From a virus (Duplodnaviria; Caudoviricetes): 59,400 bases of DNA. The notes beneath the pieces are model-generated. The model saw only the letters and a program-made list of their open reading frames with translations, was not told where the DNA came from and searched no databases. The stretch spans positions 1-59,400 of IMG/VR virus record IMGVR_UViG_3300032046_000028; one strand, given 5' to 3'. This document shows, piece after piece, positions 10,192-19,010 of this stretch. Made by a program: the position numbers and the translations under genes. Positions within the stretch are counted from its first letter, which is position 1, and every line of letters starts with the position of its first letter.

Positions 10192-10392
10192 TCAGCTCAC
10201 CCCCAACCGCTTATGTGTTATTTCTCGAAGTTGAACCCAATTGCGATGAGGATTAGGTTCCCAACTGAAATCAAGCATGTTATAGACAAGTTCTTCGGTT
10301 CTTCCGCACTTTTGACAAATTCTAACATATTCGGGGTATTGTTCTGCCTTGAAGAATCTCCAATCATGTAACCGTAGAAAACAAACTTTCAT
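10192..10392 (-). CDS. Small zinc-binding protein
   Basis: CFLRLHDW…RICQKCG. Confidence 0.55.
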   Translation of the reverse strand: MKVCFLRLHDWRFFKAEQYPEYVRICQKCGRTEELVYNMLDFSWEPNPHRNWVQLREITHKRLGVS

Positions 10393-10453
10393 TCAGTTTC
10401 CTCCCAACCGCCTTTTTTGCAGTACAACCAACCATCACGATAACAAACCAAGA

Positions 10454-10795
10454 TTATTCCTCCTTGTCGGAATGAACTTTGAAAGCGTTAACGTCAGCCT
10501 TGAATTTCTTCCACTCTGTTTTCGTTTTGAACCCAAGCAAGGTTTGAATAGTATCCTTATTGTCAGAAACGTGAAGGGTAGCTTTGTCGCCCATTTGCAT
10601 GTCTATATAGACTGAGAGTTCTTTGTTCGCTGAGTCGATCGTTGCAGTTGTTCTCCAGTTTAAGTCAAAGGAATTAATCGCTTTCTTGAAGTATTCCCAT
10701 TCATCTAACCCGAAGTATGTAGCAAAATGACAGTTTTCAGCTACGAACAAGCATTCAATATAGTCAGGTTCATCTTGAACTATTTGTATCTCCAT
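10454..10795 (-). CDS. Hypothetical protein with internal duplication
   Basis: EWEYFKKAINSF / EWKKFKADVNAF. Confidence 0.55.
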   Translation of the reverse strand: MEIQIVQDEPDYIECLFVAENCHFATYFGLDEWEYFKKAINSFDLNWRTTATIDSANKELSVYIDMQMGDKATLHVSDNKDTIQTLLGFKTKTEWKKFKADVNAFKVHSDKEE

Positions 10796-10796
10796 G

Positions 10797-11141
10797 CTAG
10801 CACTCCCAATTAATCGGTTCAGTCATCAACCGCAAAACCAGTTTATCCAACTCAGCTTTTCCCATGCGATTTCTCCAATGAGTAAACGCTGTTCTTCGTC
10901 CTCTCTGAGTCATTGCCAAGATGTCATGGCCTCGAATCGGAGCAATATCACAACTCCAAAAGTCAAAAAGCAACCGATGATAAGCACAACAAGTGTCCTG
11001 TCCTAATGAGGGCGTGGAATCTCTAGGATTAGAGCAACCTCTCACAGAGCATTTTTGACAATGAGGATCAGACTTGCGGATATTTTCATATCTGACTTCG
11101 AGATCCTTGAGCGATAATTTTCTTGGCGTTTTCAGACTCAT
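10797..11141 (-). CDS. Cys/His-rich hypothetical protein
   Basis: CSVRGC…CCAYH; GGTGA SD. Confidence 0.55.
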   Translation of the reverse strand: MSLKTPRKLSLKDLEVRYENIRKSDPHCQKCSVRGCSNPRDSTPSLGQDTCCAYHRLLFDFWSCDIAPIRGHDILAMTQRGRRTAFTHWRNRMGKAELDKLVLRLMTEPINWEC

Positions 11142-11984
11142 TTTTTCACCTTTATTTTATGAGCAGAAACCCACACGTTTCATCCCCTATGCTGACGCAC
11201 TCGCGCTTGCACAGTTGCCGGCGACGAACGGTTGACAATGCTCTATTGTGCTTACGACAAAAATCCGTCATTCTCCTAAAATCTCCTGAAGCATTTTCAT
11301 CAATTCTTTCTTTATCATAACATTCAAGTCGCGGTTCTTAGAAAGCCAAATAAAGCGATTTTGCAACTCTTTTTCGAGAAGTCCAATATCGTACTGACTG
11401 AGGTTTTCGCCTTTTGCCTTCAAAGTTTTAATGTTGACTTTCATGTTTTCTCCTCTGTTGAATTGTCTGGAAGTTTCATCATCCTCGCTATTACAACATA
11501 CATCTGCAAGTTCGGATGAAATTGTGGATTCAGACACTTGTGAAAGAATTTAGCGCATAGGCAATTTCCATCAATGACCTTCGCTATACATTGACTTGGG
11601 CAAATCACCAATACATTCATTTCGACATCTCCTTTTCTGCTTCTTCTACGATAGCCAGCAAATCCTCAACCATTTCAGGCTTGTATTTGCCACGCATCAT
11701 CCGAAAGTAATTGCTGAAACTGAAACGCAACCGATCATAGAAAGTGGTCATTCTCTAAGCCTCCTCAATTTTTGCCGCTTTTATCAATCGACGTTTCCAC
11801 CTGTACCTTCTCCGCGTCAGTTGCAATTGCTTGTCAGCTTCAGAAATGGATAAGTGGCCCGTTGCCAATTCGAGTTTAATGATTCGTGTCTTTTGAATCG
11901 TAGATTCTTTGAGCGCGATTAAAGCGCGGCGCCTAACCATGAAACCCAAAACAGAAGACAAACTGGATTTAGACACAGAAATGC

Positions 11985-12818
11985 TCATGCTTTCACCTTG
12001 TCTTCGATTGTTGATTGGGTCTCCTTTGCCGAATAGACATAGAGAACGCCGTCTACATCGCAGAGTAAACCGTAGCCTTTCTGCCAAACTTGCATCCGCG
12101 CTTTTGCATGGGCAAAATGTTTGTCCTTGTCTTTGATGGGCAAATGTTCACAAACAAGAAACTCAGCCATCAAAGCAGCGTCCCAAGCAGCGTCCCAAGC
12201 AGCGTCCCAAGCAGCGTCCCAAGCAGCGTCCCGAGCAGCGGACCGAGCAGCGTCCAAAGCAGCGTCCCGAGCAGCGTCCAAAGTGTCAGCGTCCAAAGCA
12301 GCGTCCCAAGCAGCGTCCAAAGCAGCGTCCAAAGTGTCAGCGTCCCAAGCAGCGTCCCAAGCAGCGTCCAAAGCAGCGGACCGAGCAGCGTCCAAAGTGT
12401 CAGCGGTATAAAGTTTCCATTCTGGCAGGGGTTTGCCGTCAGGCTTAAACCACGGAATCTTCTTCAGATTCTTGATGAACCGTTCAGTCGTTCTTACGCT
12501 TGCATGTTTTGGCACTTTGCGGATTAGTCTTACGTCGGTGCATACGCATTTGTCATCTTGCCATTCGCTGATGCCTTTGGCTTCTGCCTCATAAACCTCG
12601 CAACCCCATTTATACCATGACTGATATGGCGCAGTTGTAAGGTGAAAACCCTGTTCGCAGATTCGCGGGTGCCCATCAAAATGGTGCCACACGCCAACTT
12701 TCCATTTCATGTTGCCGCCGTGACAACTTTCACCCTTCACCAAAACCTTATAGAGTTTTTTGCCGTTGACTTCACGGATAATCTCTTCTGGTTTTGCAAC
12801 TTGAACCGTTTCCATCAT
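11985..12818 (-). CDS. Viral protein with (A)AWD/ARD tetrapeptide repeats
   Basis: N-terminal ICEQGFH…VYEAE…DKCV domain typical of phage repeat proteins, then AAWD/AARD run. Confidence 0.8.
   Translation of the reverse strand: MMETVQVAKPEEIIREVNGKKLYKVLVKGESCHGGNMKWKVGVWHHFDGHPRICEQGFHLTTAPYQSWYKWGCEVYEAEAKGISEWQDDKCVCTDVRLIRKVPKHASVRTTERFIKNLKKIPWFKPDGKPLPEWKLYTADTLDAARSAALDAAWDAAWDADTLDAALDAAWDAALDADTLDAARDAALDAARSAARDAAWDAAWDAAWDAAWDAALMAEFLVCEHLPIKDKDKHFAHAKARMQVWQKGYGLLCDVDGVLYVYSAKETQSTIEDKVKA
12174..12405. repeat. 12-bp period coding tandem repeat (AGCAGCGTCCCA variants)
   Basis: Directly visible; encodes DAAW/DAAR/DAAL/DADT on the minus strand. Confidence 0.92.
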
Positions 12819-13024
12819 TAAACCTCCATTTTGTCCCAGATACCTTCAGTGATTTCGTTTTCAAACTCAACCGTCACCAGTTCAGCTTCTTCCGTGACTT
12901 CTTTCTTGTAACTGGCAACTAATTTCGTGGCTTTACGGTAAGCCTCATCAAAATCCTTCGCCAAAATGTAGTCATGATGATTTGACACGTCAATATTCGC
13001 AACTTCGATATGGTACATCTTCAA
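12818..13024 (-). CDS. Hypothetical protein
   Basis: ORF coupled to neighbours. Confidence 0.55.
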   Translation of the reverse strand: MKMYHIEVANIDVSNHHDYILAKDFDEAYRKATKLVASYKKEVTEEAELVTVEFENEITEGIWDKMEV

Positions 13025-13027
13025 GTT

Positions 13028-13441
13028 TCAAGCCTCCAGTCGATGTTCCACCGTTTTGTTGCCGGGCCAATCCACATGGTTAATGATGAATTTGGCTCCG
13101 CAATCCGGACACGTCCAAGAGTAGCCAGTGAGCAAGTCGAAGTCGGGAATGGTTGCAGGGTCGATTGTTCTGATGTCGCCTTCAACAAGTTCTTTTGTTC
13201 CGTAGTGTTTTCTGTAGATTTGGCAGGCGTACTTGTCATTGTCGTTAGCCCACACACAGTTGAAATCAAGGGGATATGATGCCCTCCAGTTGGTGTTTCC
13301 AAAGTCGGTGAAATCCCCATCGTATTGTAAATCCGTTTTCTTTGGTCGTGCTTTTTCGAGTCCAATGTTAGCCATCTCCAAACCCAATCGAAAACCGCCA
13401 ATACCACAGAAAAGTTCGCAAAAAGTTATGGTCAAACACAA
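13028..13441 (-). pseudogene. Truncated DNA cytosine-5 methyltransferase
   Basis: Motif I ELFCGIGG, ANDNDKYA, GDIRTID and DLLTG present, but catalytic GFPCQ is replaced by an unrelated tail YSWTCPDC. Confidence 0.85.
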
Positions 13442-13920
13442 TTCCTCCCTCTGACTCTATTGTGAAAACCAACATGACTTCCACTTCCAGACTTGGGCAT
13501 CAACCGCAAGTTTTCTATTCTGTTGTCCATCTTGTCTCCGTTGATGTGATGTACCACTTCATTTTGGGTTAGGCATCGCCCTAGATGTGCTTCCATTACG
13601 AGAACTTGTTTTGGAACGTAGTATCCTGCTTTCTTGGCTCTTGGATGTCCCTCACATCTAGCTTCAACGTATCCCCTACGAACAGTTTCTCCGCCCTTCC
13701 AACTGTCATTTCTTTCTAAGGTTTGGTTTCGTTTCTTCGCTACCCTCTTAGGGATTCCATAAAACTCGAAAAGTCTCCAGATATGCTTGTATCTTGAACC
13801 TAGAAATTCAGCGATTTCAGTCAGAGTCATGTTCTTCTGTTCATACATCGCTATCAGAGTTTGCTTTGGAATGTCTTTCTCCAACTTACTGTATGGTGCA
13901 AATCTGAAACCTTTCTTCAT
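13432..13920 (-). CDS. HNH homing endonuclease with N-terminal HTH
   Basis: WKGG…GYV…VMEAHLGR…VHHINGDKMDNRIENL. Confidence 0.9.
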   Translation of the reverse strand: MKKGFRFAPYSKLEKDIPKQTLIAMYEQKNMTLTEIAEFLGSRYKHIWRLFEFYGIPKRVAKKRNQTLERNDSWKGGETVRRGYVEARCEGHPRAKKAGYYVPKQVLVMEAHLGRCLTQNEVVHHINGDKMDNRIENLRLMPKSGSGSHVGFHNRVRGRNCV

Positions 13921-13964
13921 TATTCATACCCGCCTATCCCACAAAACAACTCCGCAAACTTCAT
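13920..13964 (-). pseudogene. 14-codon stub of the MTase N-terminus (MKFAELFCGIGGYE)
   Basis: Manual translation; its TAA overlaps the HNH ATG. Confidence 0.8.
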
Positions 13965-14162
13965 TTCGGGTTCGCTCCTTCTGAAACAATCCGCTTCTCA
14001 TCTTTTTCGCTGAAACAATCGAAACGTTCTTCTTCATAGTCATAATTTCGAGTACAATGGTCGCAATCCCTTCCAGCATTTTTGCATTTGTTTTCATCAT
14101 CACAATAACGAGTCATTTGTTTCCTTCTCCCAAACTATATTCGTTAACAACCCGCTTGAACC

Positions 14163-15266
14163 TCAAAACTTCAACGCTTCTTCGATTTCGTTTATTTTCT
14201 CGTCAGCTTCCTTGTCAGAATCGCCCTTCACACGCACAGCAACAACAAACGAATCAGGCTCCACCTTCCGCAACAAATCCCGCAGGTCAGCGTCGCGGTC
14301 CATCTGTTTCGAGCCATGCGTAAACTCGTAATCCACATAGCCATGAACGGTTTTGCCTCCCATCAATTCAATGTTAAAATCAGGCTCCGTCGTGACTTGA
14401 TAGACAACGATTTTTTTTCCAGTAGAAACCTTGAAGCCCTTATCCCGAAGTTTCTGAACGATTTTATCTTCCATCGCGCCATGCTGAACCTTCATCATTC
14501 CTTCGCGGTCCCCATACTTCGTCATTTGCATAGGCGTCTGCGGTTTCGCTGGCTTTTCAACAACGGCTTGCCTTCCTTTTTCGAGATAACGGAAATAGCC
14601 ATCATAAGCTTCAGGATTCAGTTCTGCTTTAGCAAAATCTTTACCGCACAAGTTGTGGCCATGCCAAAGCCTGCAATCGCCAGAATTAACTTTGCACCTG
14701 TCACACTGAATGGTTATGCGGGTTTCTTGAGTCTTAACAGTTTGCTCTTGTGCCACACGCTGTGTGGCAGCTTTCACAATACCGCCAACCATTCCAGCTT
14801 GAGCTTTCTCTTGATCCTTATACTTGTCAGGAAGATATTTGATAGCCCAAGAATATGATCGGTGAAGCCGTTTAGCAATTTCAGTAGCATCCCAACCCTT
14901 GAGCCGGGCCAATTCAGAAACTAAATGAACTTTATCTTCTTCATCATAGTCTTTTCGATGCAAGTTTTCTTCAGCCTGCAAAACAATCGCAACATCTTCA
15001 GTAACTTCTCGGATATGGCAGGGAACAACGCTCCATTTGAGTTGCTTCGCTGCTTTCAGTCGTCTTTCTCCAGCCAAAACTTCATACCTACTAAGTTCAT
15101 CATGTAAGGGCCTAGCAACAACGGGTTCTATCATGCCATACTCTTGAATACTCGCGACTAAATCCGCAAAATCAGGATCAACCTTGCTGACTCGACTCTG
15201 AAAAGGCATACTAACAAGCTTGTCTATTGGAAGCAGTTGCGTAGCAAAAACTCCATGCTCACTCAT
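14163..15266 (-). CDS. ParB/Spo0J-family protein with extra C-terminal domain
   Basis: LVASIQEYGMIEPVVAR, YEVLAGERRLKA, ENLHRKD, HTH. Confidence 0.88.
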   Translation of the reverse strand: MSEHGVFATQLLPIDKLVSMPFQSRVSKVDPDFADLVASIQEYGMIEPVVARPLHDELSRYEVLAGERRLKAAKQLKWSVVPCHIREVTEDVAIVLQAEENLHRKDYDEEDKVHLVSELARLKGWDATEIAKRLHRSYSWAIKYLPDKYKDQEKAQAGMVGGIVKAATQRVAQEQTVKTQETRITIQCDRCKVNSGDCRLWHGHNLCGKDFAKAELNPEAYDGYFRYLEKGRQAVVEKPAKPQTPMQMTKYGDREGMMKVQHGAMEDKIVQKLRDKGFKVSTGKKIVVYQVTTEPDFNIELMGGKTVHGYVDYEFTHGSKQMDRDADLRDLLRKVEPDSFVVAVRVKGDSDKEADEKINEIEEALKF

Positions 15267-15410
15267 GTTCTCAGCCCAATTAACCCAAGTTTTTGACAAA
15301 TGAAGTTTCGGAACTCTGCTTCAGTCATATTCTGAATATTCACAGCTTGCCATTTGCCATCCTTGAACATTCTCACGAAGAAGTTGAGATTCATAAAATC
15401 GTTCTTATTT

Positions 15411-15854
15411 TCACTCATTTCTGAACAGCCACTCCTCTATATCCATCCAATGATTACAACGATGACAGACCGTGAGATACAGTTCTGGATAATCGTAGTC
15501 TATGTGACCATGCTCAAGTTTGTCTATGCATCCGCAAAACTCGCATTCATCAGCTAGTGGAAACATCTCAGGATGTTTCGATATAATGTTACCCGCATGT
15601 TTTTTTTCAGGATATGTCCTGCGCCATTTCCTGTTTTGCTCATTGTGTTCATCTTTATGTTTCTCACCACAACGCCTATAGGAATCAATGGTAGCTTCAG
15701 GATGATTAACCCTCCATGTCCTATGAAGTTGGGTGACTCGTTCAGGATTATTTTGATCCCATTTGTGACTTAGTTCTAAACAATGCTCTTTATGTTTTGC
15801 ATAGTAAGCTTGGTAAGTCTTCTTGTATTTTTGATAACGAGTCAGTTCAATCAT
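15411..15854 (-). CDS. HNH-like protein with N-terminal repeats
   Basis: W..NNPE-type repeats; CEFC…HGHIDY…VCHRCN. Confidence 0.7.
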   Translation of the reverse strand: MIELTRYQKYKKTYQAYYAKHKEHCLELSHKWDQNNPERVTQLHRTWRVNHPEATIDSYRRCGEKHKDEHNEQNRKWRRTYPEKKHAGNIISKHPEMFPLADECEFCGCIDKLEHGHIDYDYPELYLTVCHRCNHWMDIEEWLFRNE

Positions 15855-15856
15855 TT

Positions 15857-16342
15857 TTACTTAGCAGTCTCCTTTTTGACTGGTACTTTAAAATCGTCGC
15901 GAAATTCTTCTGGACTCACAGCACTTACAAGCAAAGTTTCTAATTCGTTGATGAACCACGCTTTATTACATGTAGCTGTATGTTCAAGCATCCATCCTAC
16001 ACGTTTGAGAATCTGTTTTTTGTTCAGCATTTTCGCTTCCTTTTCTGCTTCTTGCACAATCAAAAGCTTCTTTTGCAAAATCGCATTCTTCGCATAGACC
16101 TCCCGCACTTCGTAGCCTTCCTTGATTAGGCCGTCAACTTCTTCGATGCTGACGCTTTTGAGACTCACAATCTTCTCTGACGGAACGGAGTCGGACTCTT
16201 CAAAAACTAGACCGTGACAGAAAGGGCAGACATGAGTTTCATAGATATTAGGGTCTGAATTGCCGATTGGATCTTCACTTGTTTGTTTGGCAGTGTACAG
16301 AAACACTTTCTTACAGTCAGGATTCAAACATTGAAACTTCAT
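15857..16342 (-). CDS. Zinc-ribbon protein (paralog of 32010..32276)
   Basis: MKFQCLNPDC…HVCPFC…EGYEVREVYAK. Confidence 0.7.
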   Translation of the reverse strand: MKFQCLNPDCKKVFLYTAKQTSEDPIGNSDPNIYETHVCPFCHGLVFEESDSVPSEKIVSLKSVSIEEVDGLIKEGYEVREVYAKNAILQKKLLIVQEAEKEAKMLNKKQILKRVGWMLEHTATCNKAWFINELETLLVSAVSPEEFRDDFKVPVKKETAK

Positions 16343-16787
16343 GTTGTTCCCTTCAAATACAACGAATCCTTTTTTTCCCCGTTTTCCAAAATCCCGCGCA
16401 ACCAAAGAAATTCTCCACCCTCTCCTGCTTCATGAATTTCAAGTTTCTTCAACGGTTTTCCATCCCAAAAAATGTCAGTCATGGTTTTGCTTCCTTCTTT
16501 AACTCTTCAATCTCACGTTGCAACTCCGCAATACAATCCACTAGAACGTCGAGTTTCTCGGTCCAATAATTCTCAGGCAAATTGTCCAAAGAAGCCAGCA
16601 AATTAGCAACTTTGCTTTCGCACTTTTCAGCCTTCAAATTCAAGCCTCCTTCGCGGGAACCACTTTCACTTTTTGGCCTCTCCCAATCGCTGCTACTGCA
16701 CGCAACATTTCAATTAGGGAAACGTCGGCTAAGTCAGGGGTTTTGCTGACTAAAACAAAGTCAGAATCCTTTTTGTTGTTCATTCAT

Positions 16788-17309
16788 TCAACTCCTTATC
16801 GTGAAGTCCGCGAGCGACCAAGATCGCGGTTCTTTCGATTCTAACTGGTCTTCAGGGATCGTTTTGCAGATCGTTGTCCACCCAAGATTTACCGCTGAAA
16901 TAACTGGATAATTTCCAATTTTGATCGCGGCTACAAAATCAAGGGTCGGTATGAAACGTGGATTTTCAATAAGCTGTTTTGTTTTCATGTCGAAGAAAGC
17001 GTAAACTATGTAGTCAGCTCTGCTAGTCCAGACCCATCCTGGGATTTCTTTTTCTCGTTTGCTCCACACTTCAGCGGCATAGTCAGACCATTTTTTGCCT
17101 CTAACTTTCTCGTCTATTGAATAGAGAGAGAGTCTCGGGACATCTTGGAGTTTTAAGGCCAGAAACTTGTCTATGCCCATATGCTGAAAATCGAAGATTT
17201 GAGAAACGTCAAGAATACCGATTAGGTTTTGACCGAAAACTGTTCTATAGTAACTGTCTAGGTATGGTGAACATGCTTTTTCAAGCTTTAATGAATCCTC
17301 AAACACCAT
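16788..17309 (-). CDS. PD-(D/E)XK-like nuclease downstream of MT-A70
   Basis: GID…IDEK…AEVWS…GW…ADYIVY. Confidence 0.65.
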   Translation of the reverse strand: MVFEDSLKLEKACSPYLDSYYRTVFGQNLIGILDVSQIFDFQHMGIDKFLALKLQDVPRLSLYSIDEKVRGKKWSDYAAEVWSKREKEIPGWVWTSRADYIVYAFFDMKTKQLIENPRFIPTLDFVAAIKIGNYPVISAVNLGWTTICKTIPEDQLESKEPRSWSLADFTIRS

Positions 17310-18390
17310 GACCCCAAGCCTCCCAATTTTCCCGTTTCTCGCTGGCAAAAAGTTCCAGAAATAAATGGCCAGAATACATGGTTTCAACTATCTTGTAAGC
17401 TTCGTCGGGTTTTTGACTGTGCTCTCTTCTCGGTGAAGATAATACTGAGGAAACCCGTTTATCTTCAGACGGTGGCGAAAACTCGCCTTTTATGCCGACA
17501 AGCAAAAGTTCATGCTGACCTCTGAAATAGTAGCCAGTGCCAAACTTGTCCTTGATCCAAACCAAGTTCGTTTTGTAAGTGAACCCCCACGCCTTCATTA
17601 CTTGTAAAGCGTCTTCTAACTTCGGGTTTGTTGCCCACAAAAACAGAACGGCATCATCAGCGAAAGGAACTTCCAGTTTGCATATTTCGTCAGTCGTCAT
17701 GGTCGAATAGTGCATGTCTGGACTGCCACGCAAACGCAAAGCATATTCCCAAGGCGGATCAGCAACAACAACGTCAAACGTGCCCTTGGGAAGCGGCGGA
17801 GTTGCACAGTCAATATGCTGAACCATTTTGTACGCATAGGCTATGCTAGTCTGGTCTTTTCGACATTTTGCTTTAAGTTTTTCAGAACCTTTCTCAATGA
17901 TTGTTAGAGCCCGCTGAAAAGTTGTGGAACTCAAACCGATCTGACGAGCAACAACATCACGAGCCCTACCCGAATCTTCCGTTACCTTCGGTTCATTTGA
18001 ACCAGAAGTCCCAGAAGTTAAATCCGTTCTAGTCCCTTGTCTTTGTTTTGCACGCTCAGCCTCAATTTCCATAAGAAGCAAACCGAACTCGGCCTTCTCA
18101 AAATCCGTCAACTGACGCCGACGAAGATTCGCCTCAATCACAAACTTCTTTTCAAGCAACTTATCCGAAAAAACCCGCTTCTCAACCTTAGGTTCAATCC
18201 CTAGCTCTTGACAAACCCGATACCTATGGTGACCGTCAAGAATCTCACTCATTTCATTAATAACAATCGGAAAATGCTGGCCCTCCGTCTGAATTGAAAG
18301 TTTCAACGCTTCAAACTCTGCCTTAGAAAGCCTAGGCAGAATCGCGTCATACGCCGCATTTACTTTCAGGGCAAGTTCGACTTTGCTCAG
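17299..18390 (-). CDS. ParB-N domain fused to MT-A70 adenine methyltransferase
   Basis: ILDGHHRY, NLRRRQL; ADPPW, LFLWAT, HELLL, HSQKP, LELFA. Frame open to a CTG at 18390. Confidence 0.9.
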   Translation of the reverse strand: MSKVELALKVNAAYDAILPRLSKAEFEALKLSIQTEGQHFPIVINEMSEILDGHHRYRVCQELGIEPKVEKRVFSDKLLEKKFVIEANLRRRQLTDFEKAEFGLLLMEIEAERAKQRQGTRTDLTSGTSGSNEPKVTEDSGRARDVVARQIGLSSTTFQRALTIIEKGSEKLKAKCRKDQTSIAYAYKMVQHIDCATPPLPKGTFDVVVADPPWEYALRLRGSPDMHYSTMTTDEICKLEVPFADDAVLFLWATNPKLEDALQVMKAWGFTYKTNLVWIKDKFGTGYYFRGQHELLLVGIKGEFSPPSEDKRVSSVLSSPRREHSQKPDEAYKIVETMYSGHLFLELFASEKRENWEAWGHGV

Positions 18391-18393
18391 GGT

Positions 18394-18531
18394 TTATTCC
18401 TTCTGTTTTCGGGTTTTCAAAAGATGCTCAATTTCTTTGGCAACGGATCGGCAGTTCTTTTCAGCTAGCGTTTGAAGTTCAACGTAAACTTCTTCTGGTA
18501 TGGTGACAGACTTCCATCCTTCTTCTGGCAT
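18394..18531 (-). CDS. RHH regulator 1 (45 aa, not in track)
   Basis: KSVTIPEEVYVELQTLAEKNCRSVAKEIEHLL. Confidence 0.75.
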   Translation of the reverse strand: MPEEGWKSVTIPEEVYVELQTLAEKNCRSVAKEIEHLLKTRKQKE

Positions 18532-18550
18532 TTTATCCTTCACTTTTCCT

Positions 18551-18650
18551 GTAGTTTACGGTTATACAATGTGTGAGAATATAAGCTTTGCCGTAAACTA
18601 CGGTTATCTGAAGAGTCAAGAAACAAGCCTTAAATACATAATTACGGTAA
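18551..18650. promoter_or_regulatory. Divergent promoter/operator region
   Basis: GTAGTTTACGG (18551-61)/CCGTAAACTAC (18591-601) inverted pair; TACGGT three times; TATA-like elements. Confidence 0.6.
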
Positions 18651-18668
18651 ATTACTTACAGAGCAACA

Positions 18669-18848
18669 ATGCCGCCAAAAGGATTCAAAACAATCACAGT
18701 TCAAAAGATAGTCTATGACTACCTAATGACCGAGTACAATGCCCAAAAAGACGAACTGGCAATAAAACAGGGAGTAAAAAGCTTCTCAGCCTACGTCACT
18801 AAACGTCTAGCCCAGCTAATCGAAGAAGACAAGAAACGTAATCCGTAA
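18669..18848 (+). CDS. RHH regulator 2 (59 aa, not in track)
   Basis: KTITVQKIVYDYL…SFSAYVTKRL. Confidence 0.75.
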   Translation: MPPKGFKTITVQKIVYDYLMTEYNAQKDELAIKQGVKSFSAYVTKRLAQLIEEDKKRNP

Positions 18849-18921
18849 CCTTCAAGCCTTTCCGTCTAGCACGTTCCTTCAACAAACTAAACACTTCCTC
18901 AGAAACAACAATCCGTTTCAT
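18799..18921 (-). CDS. RHH regulator 3 (40 aa, not in track)
   Basis: KRIVVSEEVFSLLKERARRKGLKVTDYVSCLL; GGAGG SD. Confidence 0.65.
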   Translation of the reverse strand: MKRIVVSEEVFSLLKERARRKGLKVTDYVSCLLRLAGLDV

Positions 18922-19010
18922 TCCAATCCTCCCGTAAAATATCCCGTAAGTAGAACGGCGATTTAAACCCACGTTCCAACAATCATTCTCGAACCCTAGA
19001 GAGTCTCCCC

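Noticed and set aside
12174-12405. CRISPR-like array
   Set aside because: 12-bp contiguous units without spacers, encoding tetrapeptide repeats; no CRISPR array or cas gene seen anywhere
12090-12527. Plus-strand Ser/Ala-repeat ORFs
   Set aside because: Antisense shadows of the minus-strand repeat gene
18955-19010. attP derived from a tRNA T-arm
   Set aside because: Only loose resemblance (CGTGGGTTTAAATC on minus strand); no pairing stem or acceptor end
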